Shown here piece by piece: positions 62,531 through 64,000 of a DNA stretch of 64,000 nucleotides (the stretch's first letter is position 1; each line of letters starts with the position of its first letter). The notes beneath the pieces were generated by a model. That model searched no databases and had not been told where the DNA came from. It worked only from the letters and a program-made list of their open reading frames with translations. Source of the stretch: Botryllus schlosseri (Eukaryota); NCBI GenBank assembly GCA_051294905.1, contig CM119371.1, forward strand, positions 33,978,001-34,042,000. Direction: 5' to 3'. The position numbers and the translations under genes are program-made.

Positions 62531-63187
62531 CAGTGGTCGGGAACCTTTTGTGTCCGAAGAGCCATATTGGCCCTATTTTTGCCATCTTAACTCCCAAAGA
62601 GCCATACATGCCAATCAACTGTTTTGTCACAATTTAAAATTCCTGACGTCATATTAGCACTAATTCGAGCTCACTACATGCGATTCCCCGTGTGCGCCAT
62701 TTTCTCTGTAAAAACTGGTATTTATTGTTCGAAAATAATGCTCAAAACGAGAGGTAAGGCACTGACGCGTCAAGCCTCACCATGGATAACGCAATTCATC
62801 GTAAGTAGCTCAGAATTTATTACAACTGATGGCAATCGAATGTGACTGTCATACTGATTCCGAAAATCTATATATTCAAGATTTCCAGTCGGGTAAATAG
62901 AATTCGCGAGTGATATCAGCTGCAGGCGTGACAATTACAGTAACTTAAATTTGATGATTTTGAAAAGAGGGGGTCATATCCCCTAAACCTAAAGATAACA
63001 TTCTCTTTACCTCTCAAAGACATCTTTATACTGCCACGAGAATAATTATTTTGGCCGTGGTGAAAATTTACCAACAAGTCGCTACAATATTGATCAATTC
63101 CGTACAAAAATAAATATTTGGTAAATAGTCATATCTTATACCAAAAGAGCCATATTTGGCTCGCGTGCCATAGGTTCCCCACCACTG
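62531..63187. mobile_element. hAT MITE
   Basis: TIR CAGTGGTCGGGAACC...GGTTCCCCACCACTG; perfect TSD CTGTACAG; GAGCCA subterminal motifs. Confidence 0.9.
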
Positions 63188-63264
63188 CTGTACAGGATGA
63201 ACGAAATACTTCAAAAAAGTTTCGTTAAAAAGTATACATATCCGGTAACATGAATAATATGCTA

Positions 63265-63720
63265 TCCGGTGGTTCTTAAACTTTTTTAGACACGTCCCCC
63301 TTTATGAAAGTGAACACCTCCTCTTTATCGTCATATTACAAAACGCAACTAGAATGCTAGCAATCCCAACGGATACTTATATGATATGGAAGGTTATAAC
63401 TGTTGATGAGTGAGTTCTCAAATATAAAATTAGAACAATACACAGAGCAAAAACAATGAAATTGAGGTAAATCGCACGGCACGCAAAAAAAAATTGTTAG
63501 TTGACGGCAGCTTCGAGCACCCTAGCAGACTTGGACAACTAGAAAATTGTCCACTTTTCCAAATTAGATTAGAATTAGAATTAGAGCTACACAGTTTTTT
63601 CCCGATTAGATCAGAATTAAAATTAGAATTACTGAATTCGCAAAAACTTGGAAATTGAATGAAATTGTGAATGAGAAATAAATACAGCAACAATGAAGTT
63701 CAGTTCATAACAAATTAACA
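63265..63720. repeat. Fragments of two MITE families also seen at 23475-24100
   Basis: 63265-63500 resembles the reverse complement of 23745-23987; 63527-63700 resembles the AATTAG-rich 23480-23650. Confidence 0.6.
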
Positions 63721-64000
63721 GTGCATTCCCATAAACATGAGAACAGTTAATGTCTGTACACCAAGCTTGGCTAGTTTTGTACTACGTAAGGGATCAATAA
63801 CACGCGGGCCACATGCGGTCGGCGATCTGATTTGTGATTTTGGAACAAAAACGAGAAAGTAAAGAATTTCGAAATGCTGAAATTGATTTCAATTTCCAAT
63901 TATTGTAGTTGTTTTAAAATTAGCTGTTCATCTGGGCTCAGCAACACTATTCCTCACTAACTGAAACGGTTTCGGCGATGGCAGCAGCATTCCATCGATG

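Overview
AT-rich, intron- and transposon-rich animal genomic DNA (probably an invertebrate; organism not determinable from sequence alone), not prokaryotic. The backbone is a + strand tandem array of three paralogous multi-exon type II membrane glycosyltransferase genes (GT32, A4GNT/A4GALT-like, DxD motif). Copy A has only its last four exons in the window (5852-13641). Copy B (25496-39692) uses a GC-AG intron and appears to lack one 82-nt exon. Copy C (56323 to beyond the window end) has an extra 343-codon low-complexity stem exon. The first 9 kb hold Penelope-like retroelements (RT + C-terminal GIY-YIG), including a nearly perfect 1.1-kb inverted duplication. The same region has four related minimal type I hammerhead ribozyme motifs: two look complete (one canonical, one U3-A8 variant) and share a covarying loop-II pseudoknot. 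An intron of copy B contains a 2.9-kb palindrome built from two 3' halves of a hATm-like transposon, with a templated-insertion junction. The rest is dense, often nested, non-autonomous hAT elements with 8-bp TSDs, two tRNA-derived SINE families (one MetaSINE-like), a piggyBac remnant and simple repeats. Most short ORFs in the track are spurious. All family assignments are from motif recognition and manual comparison; no database search was run.
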